From Thermoplasmata archaeon (GTDB lineage: Archaea; Thermoplasmatota; E2; UBA202; JdFR-43), in the NCBI GenBank assembly GCA_021162815.1, contig JAGGXW010000006.1, forward strand, positions 15,081 through 79,080: 64,000 bases of DNA, written 5' to 3'. The notes under the pieces were generated by a model. The model was not told the DNA's origin and did no database searches. It worked only from the letters and a program-made list of their open reading frames with translations. This document shows positions 1 through 8,401 of the stretch, in pieces. Every line of letters starts with the position of its first letter. Within the stretch, counting starts at the first letter, position 1. A program made the translations under genes and the position numbers.

Positions 1-217
1 TATAAATTCATATGGAATAAAGATGGGTAAACAAATAATGAAAAAACATCGCCTCATTGAATGCTTTATGGCGGATGTTTTTTCTCTGCCTCCAGAGAAA
101 GCATGCAGAGAGGCAGATAAAATAGATTATCTGATAGGAGAGGAAGTCATAGAGATAATCGAAAGAAAATATGAGAGGGTGGAAAAATGTCCATGTGGAA
201 AAAGAATACCCAGATAA
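1..217 (+). CDS. DtxR/MntR-family metal-dependent repressor, C-terminal part (5' end lies outside the window)
   Basis: The frame is open to the window edge. The translation ...IMKKHRLIECFMADVFSLPPEKACREADKIDYLIGEEV... matches the DtxR dimerisation/metal-binding domain consensus (RKHRLAERLL...VLGL...E.AC..EH). It sits directly upstream of a metal ABC transporter. Confidence 0.55.
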   Translation, partial: INSYGIKMGKQIMKKHRLIECFMADVFSLPPEKACREADKIDYLIGEEVIEIIERKYERVEKCPCGKRIPR

Positions 218-1197
218 TGATTTCCATTTCAGTAATAATTTTAATTTCCCTTCAATCAGTTAATGCATCATCGAATGAAGAAAAAATGAATATAGCGGCA
301 TCCCTTCCTGATTTCATTTCAATAGTGAGAAGTATTGGAGGAAAATATGTGAATGCATACTATATCATGCCTCCTGGAATGGATCCTCATTCCTTTTCCC
401 TTGATTCTGCCACAATCAGCAGGATAGAAAAGGCTGATTTGATAGTATTTGCAAATTCTGAACTGCTATCCTACGAGGCAAAGATTAAAGCAAATTACAA
501 TAAACCATATCTTGATTTTTCCGATTACGCCAAAAGAGGTGCCACTCTGGACAATTTTACTGATTTCAATGAAAACCCTCACGGGTACTGGTTAAAGGTG
601 GAGAATGCAATAGCAATAGCAGAGGCGGTTAGAGACAAACTGGACTGCATGATGCCATACCATAAGCAATACTTTGATTTATCCTTTGAAATTTTCAGGA
701 GTAATCTTATAAAAGCAAAAGAATCTGCAGTCAGCTCAATAAAAGGGAATGGACTGTACGGCAGGAAGGCGGTGGCAGCTGTCCCTGGAGTATGCTATAT
801 TGCGGAGAATTTAGGGGTTGAAATAGGTGCCATACTTCTAACAGAAGGAAATGCAGGTGTGAGTGAGAAGAGGATTTCTTACATTGAAAAAATGATGAGA
901 AATGACAGTTTCTGCTGCATTATCGTGCCAGAAATTATGAAATATGCAAAGGCTGGAGAGATAGCAAGAAATATTGCCCAGGATACGGGAGGTAGTGTGG
1001 TATATGTAAAATTTCTGTCTGGGGAAAACTCAACATGGTTGAACAATTTTTATTATAACATGGCTGCCTTTCTATCATTTTCATCAACAAAAACAAAAAA
1101 AATATACAGTTACGAGCTAATAATTATATGTGTGGCAATTTCGATACTTGCCGCATTTGAGAGCGTGATAATATATGAACTCTATAGAAGAAGATAA
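187..1197 (+). CDS. metal (Zn/Mn) ABC transporter substrate-binding protein, ZnuA/TroA-like
   Basis: N-terminal signal/anchor; the length and composition fit a TroA-family solute-binding protein. It is first in a three-gene operon with an ABC ATPase and a permease. Confidence 0.6.
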   Translation: MSMWKKNTQIMISISVIILISLQSVNASSNEEKMNIAASLPDFISIVRSIGGKYVNAYYIMPPGMDPHSFSLDSATISRIEKADLIVFANSELLSYEAKIKANYNKPYLDFSDYAKRGATLDNFTDFNENPHGYWLKVENAIAIAEAVRDKLDCMMPYHKQYFDLSFEIFRSNLIKAKESAVSSIKGNGLYGRKAVAAVPGVCYIAENLGVEIGAILLTEGNAGVSEKRISYIEKMMRNDSFCCIIVPEIMKYAKAGEIARNIAQDTGGSVVYVKFLSGENSTWLNNFYYNMAAFLSFSSTKTKKIYSYELIIICVAISILAAFESVIIYELYRRR

Positions 1198-1942
1198 GGC
1201 AGTTGTGGCAAGAAATGTTTACTTTTCATATGGCAAGAATGAAGCAGTAAAGAATGTCAGTTTTGAATGTGGAAATGAATTCATGGTTATCATGGGACCA
1301 AATGGCTCGGGAAAAACAACCATGATTAAACTTATAATGGGACTGCTCGAGCCAGATAAAGGAGAGATAAAAATATTTGGAAAAGAGCCTCAGAAAATGA
1401 GAAAGCTGATAGGATATATGCCTCAGAAAGAGAGTATAGCAAGACATTTCCCTGTTCTTGTAAAAGATGTGGTTCTACTCGGAATAAATAAAAAAATTTA
1501 TGGAAGAAGAGAGATAGAAAGGGCGAAAAGAGCTCTCGATAAGGTTGGTCTGCTCCATCTGTGGAATGAGAAATTTTCGAATTTATCAGGAGGGCAGCAG
1601 CAGCGTGTTATGTTTGCCAGGGCAATAGTAAATGAGCCAAGAATAATAATAATGGATGAGCCCTTCAATGGAGTTGATATACCCAGCAGGGAGCGAATCA
1701 TGAATGTTGTGAGAGAAGAAAAGAAGAAGGGGAATACGATAATAGCTGTTCTGCATAACATAAATCCTGTGCTTCATGACATTGATAAACTCCTCCTCCT
1801 GAATAGGGAAATGATAGCATTTGGGCATCCTAATGACATTCTAACAGAATACAATCTTGAAAGAGCATATGGAGGAACTGTGACAACCATAACATGCAGA
1901 GAAGGTTATTGCCATCCTCTCATAGGTGATTCACATGGTTGA
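1175..1942 (+). CDS. metal ABC transporter ATP-binding protein (ZnuC-like)
   Basis: Walker A GPNGSGKTT, ABC signature LSGGQQQRV and Walker B IIIMDEP. It overlaps the upstream SBP gene. Confidence 0.85.
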   Translation: MNSIEEDKAVVARNVYFSYGKNEAVKNVSFECGNEFMVIMGPNGSGKTTMIKLIMGLLEPDKGEIKIFGKEPQKMRKLIGYMPQKESIARHFPVLVKDVVLLGINKKIYGRREIERAKRALDKVGLLHLWNEKFSNLSGGQQQRVMFARAIVNEPRIIIMDEPFNGVDIPSRERIMNVVREEKKKGNTIIAVLHNINPVLHDIDKLLLLNREMIAFGHPNDILTEYNLERAYGGTVTTITCREGYCHPLIGDSHG

Positions 1943-2717
1943 TGCATATATTGTAAGAGCGATAATAGCCATAATATTACTTGCCATAAACGCATCAATA
2001 GCTGGCTCCTTTACAATCTTCAGAAATGTTACCTTCCTTGTTGTGGGTTCAGCCCATGCTGCCCTTGCCGGAGCTGCCCTTGCCATACTCCTGTCAATAA
2101 ATGGGTTCAACATGGACCCAATGGTGGGAGCGATACTATTTGCCATTATTGTTTCTCTGGCAGCCTCAAAAGCAAAGGAAAAAACAAACATAGCAATAGG
2201 AATAGTATTTGCTCTTTCCATGTCACTGGCTGTAATATTTATCTCCGCCATAAAGGAGCAGGCCGCCCGCGTGTGGGGTCTTTTATTCGGAGATTTGCTT
2301 CTTTTGACAGATCAGGATATAGCGGTCATGGTGGTTGTGACAGTGTTAGTAATAATACTCTCATTCTATTTCAGCAGGGAATTTCTATTTATCTCATTTG
2401 ATAAGGAAGGAGCTAGGGCAAATGGAATAAATGTTGACCTTCTTGATTATCTTCTTCTTTCCATAATAGCCATCTCAACGGTTGTGATAATGAAGGGTGT
2501 TGGAGCCATTCTTGTATATGCAATGCTCGTTGCTCCTGCAGCGGCTGCCAATGAAACTGCACGAAGCATAATCCAGGTATTTTTCATCTCTGGCATAATT
2601 GCATTATTTTCAGGACTTTCAGGAATTGCCATAACCATATATTTTCCAATTGCAGCAGGAGCTGTTGCGTCTCTCATTGCCTCTCTCTTCTACATCATAT
2701 TTGCATTAAAGAAGTAA
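1926..2717 (+). CDS. metal ABC transporter permease (ZnuB-like)
   Basis: 263-aa polytopic hydrophobic protein overlapping the ATPase gene; typical ABC-3 permease size. Confidence 0.75.
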   Translation: MIHMVDAYIVRAIIAIILLAINASIAGSFTIFRNVTFLVVGSAHAALAGAALAILLSINGFNMDPMVGAILFAIIVSLAASKAKEKTNIAIGIVFALSMSLAVIFISAIKEQAARVWGLLFGDLLLLTDQDIAVMVVVTVLVIILSFYFSREFLFISFDKEGARANGINVDLLDYLLLSIIAISTVVIMKGVGAILVYAMLVAPAAAANETARSIIQVFFISGIIALFSGLSGIAITIYFPIAAGAVASLIASLFYIIFALKK

Positions 2718-2749
2718 AATTTATTTAATGGATTATCATTCACATTTAA

Positions 2750-2865
2750 GCCCCGGTGGTGTAGCGGTCATCATGCGGGCCTGTCGGAGCCCTTTTGGAA
2801 AAGGTGCTTCACCCCCAAAGAGCTGCGGTAAGCCCGCGACCCGAGTTCAAATCTCGGCCGGGGCG
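2750..2865 (+). tRNA. tRNA-Asp (anticodon GUC) with a ~44-nt intron at position 37/38
   Basis: Acceptor GCCCCGG pairs with CCGGGGC; GTGGTGTAG D-arm start; anticodon stem CGGGC/GCCCG; loop CTGTCG|A; T-arm CCGAG-TTCAAAT-CTCGG; discriminator G. The intron spans 2787..2830. Confidence 0.8.
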
Positions 2866-2868
2866 CTA

Positions 2869-5058
2869 TTACTTCCATTTTTCAATGATTTTTCCATTCT
2901 TCAAAGAATATATAGATGCCAGAACAAGAATTGAGCCAATGCAGGATACTGTAAGCATGAAAAGCGCCAATGTTATGAACTGGGTTATCATTTCGTATTC
3001 CATTAAAACAATGGGTATACCACCTCCTATTAAAGCTATTGTTGCCTCTGCTAAGGATGGTGTTTTTCTTGTGAGTGCTATCTTAATTGCCTGCAATCCA
3101 CTTTTATTCTCTATTTCTTCTCTAACTCTTTCTGTAATATGAACTGCAAAATCTATTCCAACTCCTATCGCTATGGAAACAACAGTTATTGTAGATATAT
3201 TCAGAGGAACATTAAGGAGTACAAGCAGAGCAGGTTCCCATATTAAAAGCAGAATTATTGGAGTCATTGTGAGGGTCGCATATCTAAATGATCTGAATAC
3301 AAGGAGAAGACACAGGTAAACGAGGAATAAAGATATGAAAGTAAAATTCATTTGCTGGCTCATGAGCATCTGATTTAATTCAACAGTGAGAGCAGCGATA
3401 CCTGTTATATTATATATTTTCCCGTATCCATTTAACTCCCTATTATATTGAGCTATAACCTGATTAATTGAATTAACACTTCTTTTAGTTTCTTTAAGAG
3501 GCATTATTGGAGAGTCAACATATAGTAGCGTCTTACTGTTATTATTTCCATCTATCATCATCCTTCGATATTTTTCAGGTATTTTTTCAAAAAGGGTAGC
3601 AGCCTCCTCCTTTGTTTGAGGTAGTCTTCCAAAATTCATTTTTTTGAGGATATCTGTGATGGAATATACTGTTGTATTTTCTACCCCAACATTTATTATC
3701 TTTTCAAGTTCATCTATTTTTTCAAGCAGAGTTGGTTCAAGTAAGCCGTCTTTCTTTCCGCTGTCCACATATATAACTCCTGATTGACCGGCATGAAATT
3801 TGGTTGAGTACTCGTGCATTAGAACATTACTCTCCATTTTCTGGGGCATCATCTTCCACACAGATGATTCGATGGAAATCTTCGGAATAGTGGATACAGA
3901 TGCTATGGAAACTATGACAATAAGCAATATTATATGCTTTCTGTACTTGGTGAGATTAGCCAGAGATTTCCATTCAAGCACATATTTTTTACTAGGCTTC
4001 ATCACAAGAAGCATGGCGGGAACAAGTATCATGGTCGCTATAAATGAGTAAAGAACTCCAATAAGGAACGCTATACCCATGCTGGATATAGGAGGCATGC
4101 TTGAGGAGAGTAAAGAGACGAAGCCGACGAGAGTTGTGATGGTGGACAGAAAAACCGCCTTTCCAGTATTATTTATCGTTTTCTTTATTGCCTCCATTGG
4201 AGGCATTTTCAATTCCATAAAATAATTCACCATATGCAATGCATAGGCAACACCGAGAGAGGCAAGAAGTGGCAAGACAGCAACAACAGTCGGAGGAAAT
4301 TTTGTATCCATCATGCCAAGAGTGCCGAAAGTTAAAACCACTGCATATATGACGGGAGAGATGGCAATAAACACAGTTTTTATATCCCTGTGGAAAGCGA
4401 AAAGTACGAGTACTATTAAAAGCAGTGATAACATCCCAACCCCATATATCCTATCCATTATCCAGTGAACTGTTTCTGTGTACATGGTTACTAGGCCAGT
4501 GGGAACAGCCTTAAACCCTTCTGCAGATTCCGATAGAGGATATATTTTTTCATTTAAAAGTTCATCTGCATTAACATCCTTTTTTGTTGTTACAATTATG
4601 ACAGCGTTTTTATCATCATGACTGATGAGCTTGTATTTTATTTCATCCGGTATGAGTTTCATAAGAAAATCCGCATATTTTTGATTATCCGGTATCTTAT
4701 CCTTTCCAAAGGGGAGGTTGGCGTTTGTATCCCTTACCAAAGAAGCTATGCTTGTGGTATAGATAACATTATCTGAGTCATCTCTGGTGGGATTTATGGC
4801 TTCCTCCATTGCATTCATTTCTTTGAGATGAGATACAGATGAAAGATTTTCTCCGCTTAAATAAATCATAAGTGTATCTACTGGCCACTGGTGCCTTATC
4901 TCATTCAATACAATTACGCTCGGCTGGTCTGATGGCATATATAATTCAACATCTGAGGTTATCTCAATATGTATGGCGTTTACTGCTATAACCAGAGTTA
5001 TTAATGTAAAAACAATTATTGTAAGCTTGGGCTTCCTCATCAACAAATCGTAATGCAT
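2869..5058 (-). CDS. RND-superfamily exporter, MMPL/SSD family (12 TM with two large extracytoplasmic loops)
   Basis: 729 aa. Two blocks of about 6 TM helices each follow large hydrophilic loops, which is the MMPL/HpnN-like architecture. The start may be the internal Met at 5040. Confidence 0.65.
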   Translation of the reverse strand: MHYDLLMRKPKLTIIVFTLITLVIAVNAIHIEITSDVELYMPSDQPSVIVLNEIRHQWPVDTLMIYLSGENLSSVSHLKEMNAMEEAINPTRDDSDNVIYTTSIASLVRDTNANLPFGKDKIPDNQKYADFLMKLIPDEIKYKLISHDDKNAVIIVTTKKDVNADELLNEKIYPLSESAEGFKAVPTGLVTMYTETVHWIMDRIYGVGMLSLLLIVLVLFAFHRDIKTVFIAISPVIYAVVLTFGTLGMMDTKFPPTVVAVLPLLASLGVAYALHMVNYFMELKMPPMEAIKKTINNTGKAVFLSTITTLVGFVSLLSSSMPPISSMGIAFLIGVLYSFIATMILVPAMLLVMKPSKKYVLEWKSLANLTKYRKHIILLIVIVSIASVSTIPKISIESSVWKMMPQKMESNVLMHEYSTKFHAGQSGVIYVDSGKKDGLLEPTLLEKIDELEKIINVGVENTTVYSITDILKKMNFGRLPQTKEEAATLFEKIPEKYRRMMIDGNNNSKTLLYVDSPIMPLKETKRSVNSINQVIAQYNRELNGYGKIYNITGIAALTVELNQMLMSQQMNFTFISLFLVYLCLLLVFRSFRYATLTMTPIILLLIWEPALLVLLNVPLNISTITVVSIAIGVGIDFAVHITERVREEIENKSGLQAIKIALTRKTPSLAEATIALIGGGIPIVLMEYEMITQFITLALFMLTVSCIGSILVLASIYSLKNGKIIEKWK

Positions 5059-5095
5059 GCCTCAGACCCCTTTTCCTTTTAATTTAATAATATAT

Positions 5096-6238
5096 TTAAA
5101 CATGCCTATTCTTTTTCAGGAATATAAGAACTGCAAGTACTATCACAACAAATACGAATTCAAAGCCCGGCGTGCTGCCGCCCCCGCCGTTGCCTCCCTC
5201 AACATTTACCGTGATTGTGGCTGTTGTTGATGCTCCAAAGTTATCCATAACAGTGAGAGTAACTGTATATGTGCCTGCTTCAGTGTAAACATGGCTTGGA
5301 TTTGGTTGAGTGGAGTTGCTTCCATCTCCGAATTGCCAGAAATATGATACAACATTTCCATCCTTGTCATCCACATTGCTTTTGAAAAGAATATTGGTAC
5401 CTGCTTTTGGCTGAGGTGGTTCAAAGGAGATAGTAACAGTTGGAGGAGTATTTGTGAAATTTGAATATTTGTAATCTTTGAGCTGAAAGTCAAGATCCTG
5501 ACTGCCCCCTATGTCTTTTATGCTCTTTATCATTCCCACACTGCCATCCCAGAATACAAGAGTGTTGTTAAAGGGTATCATCTCCCCAAATGGATTATAA
5601 TCTGATTTTATTATGTAGATATCCCCCTGCCTGCTGACGCACTCAAATGAGAATGTAACAGGAGATGTCTGCTTCATGTCACCAAAATAAACTGTCGCAT
5701 TACTTCTGGCAGTCCATTTTTCTTTAACATCAACTGGGAAATTCATGAAGTCAAGAGGAGGATAATATTCTATGGTTACACTCATCTCCCCGCTTGGCAT
5801 ATTTGGTATTGGCAAGTTAGTGCTTGCATTCATGGTGATATCATTTTTAACAACTTTAATACCATCCACAGAGAAGTAAATATAACCATGTGCTGTCATA
5901 TTGTATGTGCCACTGAAACTCTGCTTCTTTCCACCAATCTGTCCTTCAATCAGAATTGTACCTGATGATGATGCTGTGAGTTTTGTTTTGTATGACGGTA
6001 TGTTTCCACCATTAACAACCACCATTTCAACATTCACAACATCAAGCCTTATATTCATGTCGTCTGTATCAATTTTAACATTTGCACTCATGTTTCCATA
6101 TGTTATGTCCTCATTGACAGAATAGCTTCCGCTATAATTCCAGTAATCCCCAATACCCCAGTTTGGCTGCTGAAGAGATGCATTGGCAACCGGCATAATA
6201 AAGGCAAAGACAACCAGCAAGGCTATTTTGATTTTCAT
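5096..6238 (-). CDS. secreted cell-surface protein with PKD domain and C-terminal TM anchor
   Basis: Signal peptide. PKD-like motif FGDGSNSTQPNPSHVYTEAGTYTVTLTVMDNFG. Gly-rich linker, then a hydrophobic C-terminal anchor. Many N-x-S/T sequons. Adjacent and co-oriented with the RND exporter. Confidence 0.6.
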   Translation of the reverse strand: MKIKIALLVVFAFIMPVANASLQQPNWGIGDYWNYSGSYSVNEDITYGNMSANVKIDTDDMNIRLDVVNVEMVVVNGGNIPSYKTKLTASSSGTILIEGQIGGKKQSFSGTYNMTAHGYIYFSVDGIKVVKNDITMNASTNLPIPNMPSGEMSVTIEYYPPLDFMNFPVDVKEKWTARSNATVYFGDMKQTSPVTFSFECVSRQGDIYIIKSDYNPFGEMIPFNNTLVFWDGSVGMIKSIKDIGGSQDLDFQLKDYKYSNFTNTPPTVTISFEPPQPKAGTNILFKSNVDDKDGNVVSYFWQFGDGSNSTQPNPSHVYTEAGTYTVTLTVMDNFGASTTATITVNVEGGNGGGGSTPGFEFVFVVIVLAVLIFLKKNRHV

Positions 6239-6279
6239 TAGCCATTATTAACCTGCTAATATAAAATTTTTTGGCTCAT

Positions 6280-7521
6280 TCATGAAATTTTATGCCTTTC
6301 ATTTATCTCCCCTGCAACATTTGTTTCCATTATTTTTCTTATGTTTTCCATCTCGCTTTCATGTCCAAGCACCCACATCAGCTTTACCATTGCAACCTCG
6401 GGAAGCATATCCTTACCATTTATCACCCCTGCCTTGATTAACTTTCTTCCTGTAGAATATACATTCATGTTCACGCTTCCATTAAGGCATTGGGTGGTCA
6501 TAACAACCGGTATGCCATCTTTAATGAGTTTCCTCACACTCCCAACTAAATTTTCTCTTATATGCCCGAGTCCAGTTCCTGCTATAATTACGCCATCCTT
6601 ATCCTCTGTAAGCCTCTCGAAATCTTCCTTTGATAATGCTGGTGTGTAATAAACCAAAGCAACATTTTCATTGATTGATGTGTCTGCAACTGTTTTTTTA
6701 TCGCCAATTTTCCTATAATTTCCATAGAATATCACCTTCTCTCCAACCTCCCCTATGGGCTCATCATTTATTGAAACAAAAGCATCTCTCCTGGATGAAT
6801 GCATTTTCCTGACTTTAGTTGCCCTGTGTATATAGCATCTATCCGATGAAATGCTGGAATGCATGACAACAGAAACCTCCCCAAGGTCTGTGAGAGCAAC
6901 TCTTGCAGCAGAGATGAGATTAAAGAAGGCATCACTGCTTGGCCTATCGGATGAACGCTGGCTACCAACCATCACTACAGGACCATTTAAATTTTTAAGC
7001 ATGAACGCCAGAGCAGAGGCAGTATATGCCATTGTATCAGTTCCATGAGAAATGATGACTCCTTTCTTCCCTCCATTCAATTCTTTTGCCACCTCTCTTG
7101 CCAGTTTTTTCCAGTTTGATGGTGTTATGTTCTCGCTCAATTTCTGAAATACTATTCTTGCATCAACATCACATACATCAAAAAGTTCAGGAATTGAAAA
7201 CGCCAGTTCCTCTGCCGTGGCGGCAGGATGCACCGCCCCTGTTCTGTAATCAACATAGCTGGCTATTGTTCCACCCGTGCCAAGTAAAGCTATTTTTTCT
7301 CCAGCTCTTTTTCTTATCTCTCTTTCACTTTTTCTACTTCCCTTCTCTCCCTTTCTTATTAATTTTATTCTCGCATTTTTTATGGATATGCCAACATTAT
7401 AGCCATTATCAAGTTTTATTACAAGGATATCTCTCCCACTAAAAGCATGATGGGGCATGACCATGCCATGCCATTTTTTACCATCCTTTTCTATCTCCAC
7501 ATAATCGCCAGGTTCAATCAT
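6280..7521 (-). CDS. gatD: Glu-tRNA(Gln) amidotransferase subunit D
   Basis: Archaeal GatD N-terminal domain (MIEPGDYVEIE...GMVMP) and asparaginase-type motif GTGGTIAS; 413 aa. Confidence 0.8.
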   Translation of the reverse strand: MIEPGDYVEIEKDGKKWHGMVMPHHAFSGRDILVIKLDNGYNVGISIKNARIKLIRKGEKGSRKSEREIRKRAGEKIALLGTGGTIASYVDYRTGAVHPAATAEELAFSIPELFDVCDVDARIVFQKLSENITPSNWKKLAREVAKELNGGKKGVIISHGTDTMAYTASALAFMLKNLNGPVVMVGSQRSSDRPSSDAFFNLISAARVALTDLGEVSVVMHSSISSDRCYIHRATKVRKMHSSRRDAFVSINDEPIGEVGEKVIFYGNYRKIGDKKTVADTSINENVALVYYTPALSKEDFERLTEDKDGVIIAGTGLGHIRENLVGSVRKLIKDGIPVVMTTQCLNGSVNMNVYSTGRKLIKAGVINGKDMLPEVAMVKLMWVLGHESEMENIRKIMETNVAGEINERHKIS

Positions 7522-7527
7522 TAAAAG

Positions 7528-7536
7528 TTATATACA
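7528..7536 (+). promoter_or_regulatory. candidate TATA box for the tRNA-Gln/tRNA-Glu transcript
   Basis: TTATATACA lies about 26-34 nt upstream of the tRNA-Gln 5' end, in the divergent gatD/tRNA intergenic region. Confidence 0.3.
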
Positions 7537-7561
7537 AGTAAATATATAAGCAATGCCTAAA

Positions 7562-7659
7562 AGCCCCGTGGTGTAGTGGCCAAGCATGCGGGACTTTGGA
7601 GGCTTGTAAAGAAAGAGCTGGAGTAATCCCGCGACGGCAGTTCGAATCTGCCCGGGGCT
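7562..7659 (+). tRNA. tRNA-Gln (anticodon UUG) with a 26-nt intron at 37/38
   Basis: A1-U72 acceptor (AGCCCCG/CGGGGCT), typical of archaeal tRNA-Gln. Anticodon stem CGGGA/TCCCG, loop CTTTGG|A. T-arm GGCAG-TTCGAAT-CTGCC. Intron 7600..7625. Confidence 0.8.
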
Positions 7660-7663
7660 ATGT

Positions 7664-7794
7664 GCTCCCGTGGTGTAGCCCGGCCAATCATTTCGGCCTT
7701 TCGGGAACCCCTTCTTTGGGGATGAAACACCTTTCTTCCCAAGAAAGGGGTTCGGAGAGAGCCGAAGACTCGGGTTCGAATCCCGACGGGAGCA
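7664..7794 (+). tRNA. tRNA-Glu (anticodon UUC) with a 56-nt structured intron at 37/38
   Basis: Acceptor GCTCCCG/CGGGAGC. Anticodon stem TCGGC/GCCGA, loop CTTTCG|A. T-arm TCGGG-TTCGAAT-CCCGA, discriminator A. Intron 7704..7759 contains two internal hairpins. It lies 4 nt downstream of tRNA-Gln. Confidence 0.75.
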
Positions 7795-7810
7795 CTTTTC
7801 CTTTTAAAAA

Positions 7811-8401
7811 TCAGAGGTATTTGCTCACAGATTCCTCTCCCATTTCAAATGCTTTTATGTTCATTTCCACATATTTTTCTTTTAGCATTTCCTTAATTGC
7901 CTTCAGTATATTCTCCTTCTCTATCCCAAGAACTCCTGCAGCATTGGCAGCTCCAATCATAACAACATTTTTTGTGAGTATATTACCCGCCTTTCTGGCA
8001 ATAGAATCAGCATCTATTGCCATAACCCTGCACTTCTTCTCCATTCTTGATATGATATCCTCAACAGGAGGATATTCTCCAATGCCTATTGAAACGAGAG
8101 GAGGAATTATTGGATTTATGTCTGTTATTATTACACCATCTTCACTTACCACATTGAGATTTCTCAATGCTTCCATTGGTTCAAATGATATTATTGCATC
8201 CGCAGTTCCTGGAGGAATTATGGAAGAATACACATCTCCAATTCTCACTGCACATTTAACATCCCCACCCCTCTGAGCCATTCCATGAAGTTCTGATGTT
8301 ATAACATTTTCACCTTGCTTGAGGGCAGCATTGGCAACTATGTTCGCAGCAGTTATAACTCCCTGTCCTCCAACCCCTGCAAATAATATGCTTTTCTTCA
8401 T
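7811..8401 (-). CDS. iorB: indolepyruvate:ferredoxin oxidoreductase subunit beta
   Basis: 2-oxoacid:ferredoxin oxidoreductase gamma-type domain (GVGGQGV...). Its start overlaps the upstream iorA stop by 4 nt. Confidence 0.8.
   Translation of the reverse strand: MKKSILFAGVGGQGVITAANIVANAALKQGENVITSELHGMAQRGGDVKCAVRIGDVYSSIIPPGTADAIISFEPMEALRNLNVVSEDGVIITDINPIIPPLVSIGIGEYPPVEDIISRMEKKCRVMAIDADSIARKAGNILTKNVVMIGAANAAGVLGIEKENILKAIKEMLKEKYVEMNIKAFEMGEESVSKYL

Noticed and set aside
2728-3142. ORFs 2728..2934 (+) and 2795..3142 (+) over tRNA-Asp and the RND gene 3' end
   Set aside because: They cover a tRNA gene and the antisense strand of a long confident CDS; no motif support.
7557-8276. ORFs 7557..7742 (-) and 7596..8276 (+) lying across the tRNA-Gln/tRNA-Glu genes
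   Set aside because: They overlap two well-formed tRNA genes, and the 3' half is antisense to iorB. Low-complexity translations; spurious.
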